Part shown: piece by piece, positions 1-9,904 of the stretch
Numbering within the stretch: position 1 is the stretch's first letter
Layout of the letters: each line of letters begins with the position of its first letter
NCBI GenBank assembly: GCA_002315595.1
Contig: DCHG01000062.1
Coordinates: forward strand, 4,076-68,075
From: Clostridiales bacterium UBA1758
Lineage (GTDB): Bacteria > Bacillota > Clostridia > Oscillospirales > UBA1758
Direction of reading: 5' to 3'
Length of the DNA: 64,000 nt
Translations under genes and position numbers: made by a program
The notes under the pieces: generated by a model
Told to the model about the DNA's origin: nothing
The model's database searches: none
Seen by the model: only the letters and a program-made list of their open reading frames with translations

Positions 1-2
1 AG

Positions 3-782
3 GATACCACAATCAACTCAACAGAGGATCTTTTCAGCGTTTTGACCGCAAGAATGGATCATTTTGCCACCCTCGGCTGCCGTGCCGCCGACCACGGTCT
101 TGACTACGTACCCTATGTCCCCGCGACATCCGATGAGGTCGATCGCATCTTTGCCGACGCTCTCGCAGGAAAACCGATCTCCAAAACCGACGCCGACAAG
201 TATAAGACCGCACTGCTTGTTTTCTTCGCCGCCGAATATCATCGACGCGGATGGGTGATGCAACTGCACTACGGTGCGATACGCAATGCCAACCCCGTAA
301 TGTTCCGTGCCCTCGGACCGGATTCCGGCTTTGATTCGATTTCGACCGACACCTGTATCAACGAACTTGCAAAACTTCTCGGTCAATTGGAAAAGGACGG
401 TCATCTGCCGGGCACGATCATTTACCCCCTCAACGGTGCCGACAATGCCGCCGTTGCGGCACTCTGCGGTTGTTTCCCGGAAACGGGGAAACGTACCCGC
501 GTCCAACTCGGCAGTGCATGGTGGTTTTGCGACACGCGTTCTGGTATGGAGACTCAACTGACTTCCCTTGCGGAACTGAACGCCCTCGGAAACTTCGTCG
601 GAATGCTCACGGATTCCCGCAGTTTTCTCTCCTATACCCGCCACGAGTATTTCCGACGCATTCTCTGTGGTCTGATCGGGCGCTGGGTGGAAAACGGCGA
701 ACTTCCGAATGACATTCCGCTTCTCGGCGGATTGATTCGTGACATTTCCTGCAACAACGCCGAACGCTTTTTTGGATTTTAA
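3..782 (+). CDS. uxaC: Glucuronate (uronate) isomerase, C-terminal part; the 5' end lies outside the window
   Basis: ORF 42..782 remains open back to base 3. The translation (HYGAIRNANPVMF, LGSAWWFCD, MLTDSRSFLSYTRHEYFRRILC) matches the conserved C-terminal half of UxaC as I remember it. Confidence 0.85.
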   Translation, partial: DTTINSTEDLFSVLTARMDHFATLGCRAADHGLDYVPYVPATSDEVDRIFADALAGKPISKTDADKYKTALLVFFAAEYHRRGWVMQLHYGAIRNANPVMFRALGPDSGFDSISTDTCINELAKLLGQLEKDGHLPGTIIYPLNGADNAAVAALCGCFPETGKRTRVQLGSAWWFCDTRSGMETQLTSLAELNALGNFVGMLTDSRSFLSYTRHEYFRRILCGLIGRWVENGELPNDIPLLGGLIRDISCNNAERFFGF

Positions 783-859
783 TTGGGAAGATAAAGTTTC
801 GCGGCAAAGTTTTCGTTGTCTTCACTCGCGTTATCCGCTTCATTGTTTATCAATAAGAT

Positions 860-892
860 AAAGGGGACTGAATAATTATCAGTCCCCTTTTT
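860..892. terminator. Bidirectional stem-loop between convergent uxaC and a lipoprotein gene
   Basis: aaaggggactga / tcagtccccttt is a perfect 12-bp inverted repeat with a 7-nt loop. It is flanked by A-runs on one side and T-runs on the other. Confidence 0.65.
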
Positions 893-914
893 CATGTTCA
901 AATTAATCGAATTT

Positions 915-2288
915 TCAGTTGTTTCCGAGATCTTCGGGAATCAGTCCGAGGGCGTCGAGATTCATCACATAAAGATCATTTTGTGCGTCATAGGAAAGTC
1001 CGCTTTCAAGGAAGATCAGTTTCTTGCCGTTCTCGGAAAATGCAACATCGAGCAAACTCGTCTGTCTTGTGTCATCAAGGGAATACTTTTTCACGGTTTC
1101 GACCGTATCCATATTCCACAATTCAAAATAAGACGCATCGCCGATCGTATAAGAAACCGCAACGATTCCGAGATATTCGGAATAATCCACGCAATTGATG
1201 ATCGCTTCTTCGCCGAAGGTAGTCGACGCAACGCGTGAATACTCACGGTTAGCGGGATTGAACAATCCGAAGCCCGTTCCATAGGACTCGGTGAAGAACC
1301 AGCGTCCGTCCTTCAACGGGACATAGGTGACTTCGAACAATTCATCGTATCGTGCGGTATTGTCGGTCGAAATATTGATGATCGCACTGTATTCCATCAG
1401 TTCGGACGAGAACACCAAATAGCCGATCTGTGTATTATTCAGCCATGTGACGAGATTCGGACAATAGGTATCGGAGCCGTCCGTCTCACTGCCGTATGTC
1501 GCGGGGATTTTATTGACCGCGCCATTGATGGAATTATTGCCCACATTGCCGAGGAATAAGCCGTAATTGCTCTCTGCGGGTTTTTCCGCCGTCTGTACCA
1601 CGGGCTTTTCCTGCTTCATGATGACCTCGGAATCCTCATCGCCGATGATGACATCCTCAATAAGGTCGTTTTCATCGGTTGTGGTTTCGATCTGCATCGG
1701 AAAGACCTTTTCCAAATCGACGGGAATGGTGTAGGCTATCTTCGTTCCGTCCGGGGAAACCGAGCAGGAGGAAAACCCCGCCGGAAGCGTCATTTCCGCC
1801 TCAATACTACTGCCGTCGGATGAAAGAATAAAGCATTTTCCTCGCAGTGTCAGCCAGATATTCCCGTTTTCAAGGACTCCGCCGCCCCCGGAAACATTCG
1901 CTTCATCGGCGGTCTCCTTTGCGGCGGTCTTCGTCGTGACACCCTGTGCGGCGTCATAGATCCACGCCGAGAAATCAAAGGAAACATCGTTATTGTTGCG
2001 ATACCCCATCAGCAAAACGCGTTCGGAATCAAGAGTGATCACATCAGTCACAACAACGCCATCCGTTGAGGTCAACCCTTTTGCGATCTGCGCCGCTTCG
2101 ATATACGGATGTTCGATGATCAACTGATCGTCCGCGATCGCGGAATCATCACGGTGGTCGCTTTCAATGACCGCAATATTGCCCTGATCGCTTTTACCGG
2201 AGTCTATTTGAGTTTTTTTCTTGCCGCATCCCGCAATGCCGATCACGCATGACATTGCAAGGATAAGTGCCAGTACACGCTTCCTCAT
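915..2288 (-). CDS. Secreted lipoprotein of unknown function, possibly with a beta-propeller (PD40/TolB-like) repeat
   Basis: The N-terminus MRKRVLALILAMSCVIGIAGC has a lipobox cysteine. The motif SPDGTKIAY resembles a PD40 repeat. I recognise no enzyme motif. Confidence 0.6.
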   Translation of the reverse strand: MRKRVLALILAMSCVIGIAGCGKKKTQIDSGKSDQGNIAVIESDHRDDSAIADDQLIIEHPYIEAAQIAKGLTSTDGVVVTDVITLDSERVLLMGYRNNNDVSFDFSAWIYDAAQGVTTKTAAKETADEANVSGGGGVLENGNIWLTLRGKCFILSSDGSSIEAEMTLPAGFSSCSVSPDGTKIAYTIPVDLEKVFPMQIETTTDENDLIEDVIIGDEDSEVIMKQEKPVVQTAEKPAESNYGLFLGNVGNNSINGAVNKIPATYGSETDGSDTYCPNLVTWLNNTQIGYLVFSSELMEYSAIINISTDNTARYDELFEVTYVPLKDGRWFFTESYGTGFGLFNPANREYSRVASTTFGEEAIINCVDYSEYLGIVAVSYTIGDASYFELWNMDTVETVKKYSLDDTRQTSLLDVAFSENGKKLIFLESGLSYDAQNDLYVMNLDALGLIPEDLGNN

Positions 2289-2309
2289 TTTATCACCTTA
2301 ATTTGCCGT

Positions 2310-3566
2310 TTAGTCGATCAGGCTGTTCATCACAAGACCTGTGATCAGTTTCGGATAGAAATAAGTGGATTTTTGTGGCATTTTTTCACCTGCCGCGGAA
2401 ACATCCTTGATTTGTCGCACACGCGTCGCATTGAGCAAAAACGCGCACTGAAATCCGCCGTCAAGGACGGATTGCAACGCCTCTACCGCAGAACGGGTAT
2501 AGGTCAGATTTTTCTGTTGTGCCATGTTTTCTTTATCAATGCCGAAATAAGGCTCAAGGATCAATTGATGCAACAGACAAACATCGAGGGATCGATATGC
2601 TTCGCTCGCATCCGGCATTGCCTCGGCGAGATCCGCAAGGTCACGAAGCGTCATAATCGCGGCACGGTCTTTTGAAAGGAACGCGACCGAATTTTCACAT
2701 TTTTCAAGTTCCGTAGCGACGGAATTCAACGAAATCTCGGTAATTTTGAAACGCTTTTCGGCTTTTTTTAGGAATTTATCGGCATCGAAATCCGCAATGT
2801 CGCGTACCAGTCGATGCGTTGGAAAAATGACCAATCCGTCGGAGTCCATATCGACAAGCATCATCATCACGTAATCCGCGCCCTGAACGTTTTTCCCGCT
2901 TTCACGCAGATAATTGCGGAAATTGATCGAAGTCTCATATCGGTGATGACCATCGGCGATATAGAGTTTTTTGTCGGCAAACCCCGCCGTGATCGACGCA
3001 AGAACGCCCTCGTCCTCGATCTTCCAAAGACGGTGGCGAACATTTTTGTCATCAACAAAGTCCTTTTCCGGCGCGGCGGTACGGGTGCGTTCGACAATGG
3101 GCGAGATCTTTTTTTCTTCGTCGGCGTAAAGGGAGTAGATCTGACTGAAATTCGCCATTGTCGCGTTCATCAGATCAAATCTGTCCTGCTTTGCTTTCGA
3201 CAAAGTTTCTTCATGCGGCAAAATATTGCCCTTGGAAAATTCCTCCGTTTTCACGCGAGCGATGATTCCCGCAAACGCATACTGCTTGCCCGCAACCTCA
3301 AAAGACTCCTCGTAAACATACATTCCGGGCTTTTCATCACAGGCAAGAATCCCGTTTTCGCGCCATTCGGTAAGAAGTTTTCCCGCTTCATCATAGCGGT
3401 TTTCGCCTTTCGGAAGTTCCAGACGGATCACATTATGTTCATCGCGTTCAATCAGTGCGGCGCGTTCATCGTCGGAAATAATATCGTAGGGGGGACAACA
3501 GAGTTTCTCGGGCATACCCGCTTTTTCGGTAAAGCGAAGCGCACGAAATGGGAGGACAGTAACCAT
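2310..3566 (-). CDS. DUF1015 family protein
   Basis: N-terminus MVTVLPFRALRF...PPYDIISDDER, and ADGHHRYETS later, are typical DUF1015 motifs. I chose the ATG at 3566 (AAGGTGA 8 nt upstream) over the GTG at 3578. Confidence 0.8.
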   Translation of the reverse strand: MVTVLPFRALRFTEKAGMPEKLCCPPYDIISDDERAALIERDEHNVIRLELPKGENRYDEAGKLLTEWRENGILACDEKPGMYVYEESFEVAGKQYAFAGIIARVKTEEFSKGNILPHEETLSKAKQDRFDLMNATMANFSQIYSLYADEEKKISPIVERTRTAAPEKDFVDDKNVRHRLWKIEDEGVLASITAGFADKKLYIADGHHRYETSINFRNYLRESGKNVQGADYVMMMLVDMDSDGLVIFPTHRLVRDIADFDADKFLKKAEKRFKITEISLNSVATELEKCENSVAFLSKDRAAIMTLRDLADLAEAMPDASEAYRSLDVCLLHQLILEPYFGIDKENMAQQKNLTYTRSAVEALQSVLDGGFQCAFLLNATRVRQIKDVSAAGEKMPQKSTYFYPKLITGLVMNSLID

Positions 3567-3651
3567 TTTTAATTTCACCTTTTCACATAAACTCCGATAG
3601 TTTGAAAGTTATCGGGCATAATAAGTACAAATTCAGGAAAGGAGGATTTTT

Positions 3652-3822
3652 ATGAAATCCTATCTCAAAGGGATGGCAGCGGGACTGCTTGTCGGTGCAT
3701 CTGCGGCGGCGATCATCACCCCCACCGTCATGAAAAAGACGAAAAAGAAGGGCGGGATCGCCAAAGCGGCAAAAGCACTCGGCACGATCATCGAAAACGC
3801 CGCCGACGAATTGATCGGTTGA
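3652..3822 (+). CDS. Small (56 aa) hydrophobic/amphipathic protein, absent from the ORF track because it is under 60 aa
   Basis: ATG at 3652 is preceded by aggaaaggagga at a suitable distance. Translation is MKSYLKGMAAGLLVGASAAAIITPTVMKKTKKKGGIAKAAKALGTIIENAADELIG. A hairpin follows. Confidence 0.55.
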   Translation: MKSYLKGMAAGLLVGASAAAIITPTVMKKTKKKGGIAKAAKALGTIIENAADELIG

Positions 3823-3829
3823 ACATGAT

Positions 3830-3851
3830 CCGGTCGGGGAAGCCTGACCGG
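3830..3851. terminator. Short hairpin between the convergent small ORF and the PurL-like gene
   Basis: ccggtc...gaccgg is a 6-bp stem followed by tttactt. The stem is weak. Confidence 0.35.
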
Positions 3852-3852
3852 T

Positions 3853-6800
3853 TTACTTAAAATAATTGACGCCGGACTCAAAAAGCGGTTGGAATTTATT
3901 GCCGTAGATGTTTTTTGCAACATCGGCAGAATATCGTTCGCAGTGACCGAGTTTGCCCAAAATTCTTCCGTCACGGCTGATGATTCCCTCAATGGCGCGC
4001 ATAGAGCCGCCCGGGTTAAAGCGAACGTCCATCGTCGGCTCACCGACAAGGTCGACGAACTGTGTTGCGACCTGCCCGTTTTCTTCCAACTGATTAAGCG
4101 TGTACTCCGGCGCAACAAACCTGCCCACGCCGAACGACATCGGCACATTGTAGGTATAACCCGGAACACATAGGTTCAGCCACGGCGATTTTTGCGAAAT
4201 AATGCGTGTCATCGCATAGCAGGATTGATGCCTTCCGATGGCGTTTTGTATCAGCACCGGTGCGGTCTGGGCAACCTCGCTGATTTTTCCGTTCGGAAGC
4301 AGACCTAGACGGATCAGCGTATGAAAGCCACTACCGATGCCGAGCATCAGCCCATCCTGCGTTTCAAGCAGTTTTTCAATGCTTTCCGAAACACGCGGGG
4401 ATCGGAAAAAAGCCGCCGCAAACGCGGTCGCCACATTCGTTTCATCGCCGCCCGGCAAAATCATCATCTGCGCTTTCCCCATTTCATCGGCAAAGCGTGC
4501 TGCGTATTGCTCAAACGACTCGCTACTCAGATCGGAAATGACAAAGATCTTTGCTTCACCACCGGCGCGTTCAACGGCATTCGCCGTTTCTTCCTCGTCG
4601 GTCATACCCGGAAATGCGGGGATCAATGCAAGCGGACGGGCAAGATTGCCCACGGCCTTCGCCGCCGTCGTCAGAGAATAGTCGATCCTTCTGACTCTCG
4701 CGGTCGATCCCGCACGCGTCGGATAGACGAATTCCAACGGCTTTTCCCATTTTTCGCAAAGCATATTCAGCGTCACCGCGCCCTGCAAAGAGATCTCGCC
4801 GCTGACATTCGTGTGACCGATCAGTTTTCCGCCCTGCACAAATCCCGTACATTCACATAGGATGGAGCCGATCTGCGGCTCAAACAACGCATTCGGATCA
4901 TTGCCGGTGTATTTGAAGCAAACATTGTTTCCGACGCTCATTTTGATAATGGCTTCGGCGGCGCCGCCTCGACCGATCGCCCATGCTGAAAGAACTTTTC
5001 CTTTTGTGCAGATTTCCAGATATTTTTGCCACGCCGTTTTCAGCGCGTCATAGTCGATCTCACCGTCGTTTTCAACGGCTCCGAACAGATAAACGGGATT
5101 GCCCGCACCTTTAAATTCGGATGAAATGACATTTTCGCATTCTCCGTTTGCCGTGGCAAAACAGACCACCGTCGGCGGGATCGACGGATCGTCGTCCGTG
5201 ACGAATTTCGCATCGAGAATTCCCGCGCCCAGTTCCGTCGTAGCGTTCATTACACCGAGTGCGGATGAAAAGACGCGGTCTTCGTGCGTATCGCTATCGG
5301 AAAAAAGTCCCTGAACGGCGACAACCTTTTCGCCGCCACAACCCGCGGCAACAAGTTTTGCCACCGATTCCACGACCGACGCTTCCGCGCCGAAATAGGC
5401 ATCGACTTCGGATAATTTCGGCTCAAACCCAAAACTCATCACCGAGACGCATTTGGACTTTTCACCGAGTTTTGTCGCCATAACCTGCGCTGGCGTCAAT
5501 TGATTGACGCCACCGAACGGATGAAGCAGACTCACGCCGCCCGCAGTTGCATCAAAATATTCACCTAATCCGCGTTGCGAACAGAAATCATAACTTTCCG
5601 CCATTTTGATCAGTCGCCGCTCCGCGGGAAGGTCGGTGTTTTCAGGCGTGCAACGCCCCATTTTCGGAACAGAGAAGGATATTGTTTCGTTATTTAATTT
5701 GAAACATTCCGTAATATCGAATTCCTGTTGACCGATCTTGACAAAAATCGCATTTGTTTTTCCGATTTTCGCAATTTTCCGGACCGTTAATCCGTTTTCG
5801 GAAGCAAGTCCGCAAAATTCGTTTTCACGCTCGACACTGACTAAAATCGCAACACCGCATTGGCATTTTGATAAATCGTAATCGCGGTCGAAAGCCGAAA
5901 AAAAAGCATCAAAATCAACCGAAGCGCCAATGTTTTTGTCCGAAACTTCAAAAAGAAAGCCCAAAACCCCGCCATCAAAACATTTCAGCGTTCCGCCCGT
6001 TTTTTTCATCATTCGGCGCAGTCGACATTTCTCATCCGGCGTAATCGCGGTCAAATACACCGTATCGCCCGGTTTCGGGCAATTCTCATCCATTTTCGCA
6101 CCGCAAATTCCGATCGTTGCGGAAAATTCGGGGCGCAATTCACCGTAGCCGTTATGATAAAATTCCTGCACAAGACCGGTCGAAATTCCGATATTTGTGG
6201 CAGAATTTGCCGCTTTTTCAGCATTTCGAAATGAATTCGGCTCGCCTGCGCAACTGATACGCATTGCGCGGAAATCATTTGCACCGCTTGCGATCGCCGC
6301 CGCAGATGCCGCGGCAATCCCGTCCCCATCGGATGAGAAAACAGTTTGCATCGTAAGCCACGGCGCGTTCTCATTTCCGCCCGTCGTTTTCAGGCAAAAT
6401 CGTTTCATTTTATCCGTTTCGGTATGCAGACCGAAATTCGAAATCGTCAGGATTTCATCCACCGAAAATGGATCCTTTGTACGGTCATCGGCGAAATCGC
6501 CGTAAGCCGTCTTTCTGAGTTCCAAGTAGCGGTTGAACGCCTTTTTGACACGATCATCGGCGATCTCGACGCCGCCGATCGGAGCCGTCTGTACCCTGCT
6601 TTTGCGACGAATTTTTGCAATCAGTGCGATCAAATCCCGTTCCGTAACGCTTGGCGTGTTGCCCGTATTACCGGTAAAAAGGCTTTCGATCCTTGCAAAT
6701 TCCGTATCGGCAATCATCCCGAAAAAGAGATATACCTTTGCAATTCGGATCCTCACCCTTTCGCCGGTCATCATTTCAACGCATTTTTCAAATTTTGATG

Positions 6801-7086
6801 AACGACGGATATTATCCACATCATCTTCGCCGTCAATCAACACTCTTTCGGCATTGAGTTTCGACAGATCCGCATACAGTTGATCACATTGCGGCTCGGA
6901 TAAAATCGTCGTTTTCACCGCATCCATTGTCGTGGTAGAAATACTGTGCAGTTCAAAGCGGTCGGCGATCAGTATTTTTTCAAGGTTTTCAAGATCAAAC
7001 GAGCAACGAATGCTTTCGGCAAGCCATTCGGCTTCAATATCACATTCCGCTTTACGGACGGAATACAGATATTCTTTTGCACCCAT
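3853..7086 (-). CDS. Phosphoribosylformylglycinamidine synthase (large PurL)-like protein with a degenerate glutaminase site
   Basis: 1077 aa from the ATG at 7086 (GGGAGG 7 nt upstream). The C-terminal class-I amidotransferase-like segment reads LPGGDE..LGIGSGFH..NPGGS..LGHCER, where PurL/PurQ has GICNGFQ..NPNGS..PHPER. Confidence 0.75.
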   Translation of the reverse strand: MGAKEYLYSVRKAECDIEAEWLAESIRCSFDLENLEKILIADRFELHSISTTTMDAVKTTILSEPQCDQLYADLSKLNAERVLIDGEDDVDNIRRSSKFEKCVEMMTGERVRIRIAKVYLFFGMIADTEFARIESLFTGNTGNTPSVTERDLIALIAKIRRKSRVQTAPIGGVEIADDRVKKAFNRYLELRKTAYGDFADDRTKDPFSVDEILTISNFGLHTETDKMKRFCLKTTGGNENAPWLTMQTVFSSDGDGIAAASAAAIASGANDFRAMRISCAGEPNSFRNAEKAANSATNIGISTGLVQEFYHNGYGELRPEFSATIGICGAKMDENCPKPGDTVYLTAITPDEKCRLRRMMKKTGGTLKCFDGGVLGFLFEVSDKNIGASVDFDAFFSAFDRDYDLSKCQCGVAILVSVERENEFCGLASENGLTVRKIAKIGKTNAIFVKIGQQEFDITECFKLNNETISFSVPKMGRCTPENTDLPAERRLIKMAESYDFCSQRGLGEYFDATAGGVSLLHPFGGVNQLTPAQVMATKLGEKSKCVSVMSFGFEPKLSEVDAYFGAEASVVESVAKLVAAGCGGEKVVAVQGLFSDSDTHEDRVFSSALGVMNATTELGAGILDAKFVTDDDPSIPPTVVCFATANGECENVISSEFKGAGNPVYLFGAVENDGEIDYDALKTAWQKYLEICTKGKVLSAWAIGRGGAAEAIIKMSVGNNVCFKYTGNDPNALFEPQIGSILCECTGFVQGGKLIGHTNVSGEISLQGAVTLNMLCEKWEKPLEFVYPTRAGSTARVRRIDYSLTTAAKAVGNLARPLALIPAFPGMTDEEETANAVERAGGEAKIFVISDLSSESFEQYAARFADEMGKAQMMILPGGDETNVATAFAAAFFRSPRVSESIEKLLETQDGLMLGIGSGFHTLIRLGLLPNGKISEVAQTAPVLIQNAIGRHQSCYAMTRIISQKSPWLNLCVPGYTYNVPMSFGVGRFVAPEYTLNQLEENGQVATQFVDLVGEPTMDVRFNPGGSMRAIEGIISRDGRILGKLGHCERYSADVAKNIYGNKFQPLFESGVNYFK

Positions 7087-7124
7087 AAAAATACCTCCCG
7101 CCATAAGAAATCAACCGCAATCGG

Positions 7125-8633
7125 CTATTTTACCGAATATAGTGAAAACAGTCCCGACGTGCCGTCGGAAGGGAATAATGTATAAAGCCCGTCGGCATAG
7201 GAGATCGTGTATGGCACGAGTCTTCCGTCCGGGCGCAGTAATTTCATTCGGTCAAGAGCGTTTTCTTCCTTCAATCCGTTGATCAGACGAATCGAAAAAC
7301 TGATTCCCGCCGTCGGCGACATTTCCACCGCTTCGGTTAAACGGACGGCATTGTTCATATCGACACACGGAACGGCCTCGCCGAATTTCTTTTCATTTTC
7401 GCCGTAAATATCCGTCGAGTAAAGAGCGCCATCCTTGATATAAAACGATCCCACCGTTCGGGACACATCGACATCTTCGGTCGTTTTTTTGCTCGTATCA
7501 AAGGCACGCAGACCACCATCGGAGTTGGATGAATAATAGAGTTTTCCGCCATAATAGGCAAGTTGACTGACCAATTCTTCCAACACAACCTCGGTTTCGC
7601 CGGTGATCAGATGGACCGCTGAAACGGTTTCCGTCGAATAGACGGAATAATAGACTGCATCCTCATCAAAAGCGAGAGCGTACGCCGAGAAATCGGAAAA
7701 GAACGAATACTGATTTGAATCCGCCGTCGGCATTTGATCCTGATATGCGGGGCTGACCACCGACCAATTGCCGTCCAGACTCTGCGCACGTGTGCTATCG
7801 CTTTGCATAAAGAAGCGAAGTCCGGGATGTGCAGCATCCGCATCCCACGACGCATCGACATGGTACCACGCACCGTCAAAATTGATCATATTCCAATAGT
7901 GTTGCTCGGAACAAAGCGTCACACAATCGATGCCGAGTTTCCACATCACGAAATTATACAGATAGGCAAAGCCCTCACTCGACGCCTGTCCTGCCGTCAA
8001 AAGCGCATACGAATTGAGTACCTGATCCTCGACGGAATCGGTCTGCTCAACATTGACCGCGTGTCCCGTCAGATACGAGTAGACCGCAAGTGCCTTTTCG
8101 ATCATCGAGTAGCCCGGCTGAACGACGACATTGAAGACGCGATAGATCTCGTCATAAAGTGCCTGCTTCATTTCGGGGATGTTTTCGGGCAAATAGTTAT
8201 ACGCAAACGATACCACTTTGCCGTCCGCGGAAAGCGTGACATCCTTCAAATAAAAGAATTGCAATTCGGCACGGTCAAGCAACGCCGCACGGCAGTAGTT
8301 GAAATCATTGACCGATGCGTTGAACGAGGAAATGTCGCAGGTCAGTGCCACGGAATCGACGGCATCGTAAAGTGCCTCAAACATCGCATCGTTGGTCGGT
8401 CGGTAATTGTAGTGCAAAAACGCGTCGCACCAATCGTCCACGGCAAATGGGGCGATCTCGTCACGATAGGCGTGATTGAGTTGTTCAATCTCAAATCTTG
8501 CTCCGCTTTGGGTGGTGATTTTTTCCGACGAAGCGATATAATCATTGATCGTTTTGGCTTTGTGGCATGCGGTGGTGGATAATATCATCGTCGCCGCAAG
8601 CGTCAAAGCCGCTATTTTTCGAAAATTGCGCAT
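7125..8633 (-). CDS. Lipoprotein with a transglutaminase-like core domain and a repeat-rich C-terminal region
   Basis: Signal/lipobox is MRNFRKIAALTLAATMILSTTAC. The segment GQASSEGFAYLYN...EQHYWNMINFDGAWYHVDASWD resembles the Cys-His-Asp transglutaminase-like core, with Ser at the Cys position. Confidence 0.7.
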   Translation of the reverse strand: MRNFRKIAALTLAATMILSTTACHKAKTINDYIASSEKITTQSGARFEIEQLNHAYRDEIAPFAVDDWCDAFLHYNYRPTNDAMFEALYDAVDSVALTCDISSFNASVNDFNYCRAALLDRAELQFFYLKDVTLSADGKVVSFAYNYLPENIPEMKQALYDEIYRVFNVVVQPGYSMIEKALAVYSYLTGHAVNVEQTDSVEDQVLNSYALLTAGQASSEGFAYLYNFVMWKLGIDCVTLCSEQHYWNMINFDGAWYHVDASWDADAAHPGLRFFMQSDSTRAQSLDGNWSVVSPAYQDQMPTADSNQYSFFSDFSAYALAFDEDAVYYSVYSTETVSAVHLITGETEVVLEELVSQLAYYGGKLYYSSNSDGGLRAFDTSKKTTEDVDVSRTVGSFYIKDGALYSTDIYGENEKKFGEAVPCVDMNNAVRLTEAVEMSPTAGISFSIRLINGLKEENALDRMKLLRPDGRLVPYTISYADGLYTLFPSDGTSGLFSLYSVK

Positions 8634-8930
8634 GAAAAACTCCTTTTGTTCTCTATATCCAGACGGAAATCCGTTTTCACCGAAGCAAATCGGTCAATTC
8701 TCCGTTCACAGTGTAAGCATTTTGAGGATAATTATGTAAATCATTTTAACATAAGCATAAAAAAAAGTCAAATTTCAATGCAATAATGCTTATTCTCACC
8801 GCAGAAGATATCGGATTTTTAACAAAACGGTTTTTTCAGCATAAATTTACAGTTTTCTGTGCAATCTTCCATTGAAAGTAATCAAGAGATGTGTTATCCT
8901 ATCTCTATCATATCATTTGGAGGGATAACT

Positions 8931-9872
8931 TTGTCCATTCTCGGTGCGTTGACCGGCGTATTCACGATCTTTGTGCTGATCGCCGTTGGATTTTACATCA
9001 CAAAGCGCGGATTTCTTGACAATAAAACAGTCGACCGTTTAACCACACTTACCGTTCGCTTCTCGATTCCGTTTTTGCTCTTCAAAAACGCGATCAACAA
9101 TTTCTCCCGTGAATTTGTGGCGGAGCAGGGACTTCTGCTTTTGATCCCGATCCTGCCCGTCGTACTGTCGTTTATTTTTGCCAAACTTCTCGCCAAACTG
9201 ATCAAAACCGATGAAAAGCGCAGTGGCGTTTTTGTCGTCACCTTTACGCTTGCAAATGTCACATTCATCGGACTGCCCGTCGTTTTGTCAATTTTCGGCG
9301 ACATCGGCGCAGTTTACGATTCCGTCTATCTGCTTTGGAACACCCTGCTATTCTGGAGTTTCGGTTGTGCCGGGATCGCAAAATCCGGCGGCCAAACGAT
9401 GAAATTCGGTTGGGGCGCGATCAAGCGCGTCTTTTCTCCCCCGCTGATCGGATTTCTTTCGGGATTCACGCTTTCTATGCTTGGCATCAAACTCCCCGAT
9501 TTCATTATGAACCCGATCAACTACCTTGGCAATTTGACCACGCCGTTATCGATGCTTTTGACGGGTGCCGTCATTTCCGGCATGGGCAAAAAGGCCTTCC
9601 ATCTGCCGAAGGAAGGCTGGCTGACACTTCTCGGTCGTTTCATCATCGCGCCGGGGCTGACGCTTGCCACCTGCCTGATTCTCGGCGCAAACGAAATGAT
9701 GACCTGCATTCTCACGGTCGTTTCCGCAATGCCATCGATGACACAATGTATGATTATGTCGAAATATTACAATGCGGATTATGAATTTGCCGCACAAATG
9801 CTCACCGTTACGACGATTTGTTCGATGATCATCATCCCCGTCATCGTCACTGTGCTTACTTTGATCTATTAG
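8931..9872 (+). CDS. AEC (auxin efflux carrier) family transporter
   Basis: Polytopic membrane protein with a typical AEC N-terminus (ILGALTGVFTIFVLIAVGF). TTG at 8931 follows GGAGGG with 6-nt spacing; the track's GTG at 8859 lacks a ribosome-binding site. Confidence 0.8.
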   Translation: MSILGALTGVFTIFVLIAVGFYITKRGFLDNKTVDRLTTLTVRFSIPFLLFKNAINNFSREFVAEQGLLLLIPILPVVLSFIFAKLLAKLIKTDEKRSGVFVVTFTLANVTFIGLPVVLSIFGDIGAVYDSVYLLWNTLLFWSFGCAGIAKSGGQTMKFGWGAIKRVFSPPLIGFLSGFTLSMLGIKLPDFIMNPINYLGNLTTPLSMLLTGAVISGMGKKAFHLPKEGWLTLLGRFIIAPGLTLATCLILGANEMMTCILTVVSAMPSMTQCMIMSKYYNADYEFAAQMLTVTTICSMIIIPVIVTVLTLIY

Positions 9873-9882
9873 TTGTCATGCT

Positions 9883-9904
9883 CCGGGGCGGGCGACCGCC
9901 CCGG
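9883..9904 (+). terminator. GC-rich hairpin after the AEC transporter gene
   Basis: ccggggcg...cgccccgg is an 8-bp GC stem. There is no clear T-tract, so this may be an attenuator or stabiliser rather than a full terminator. Confidence 0.4.
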
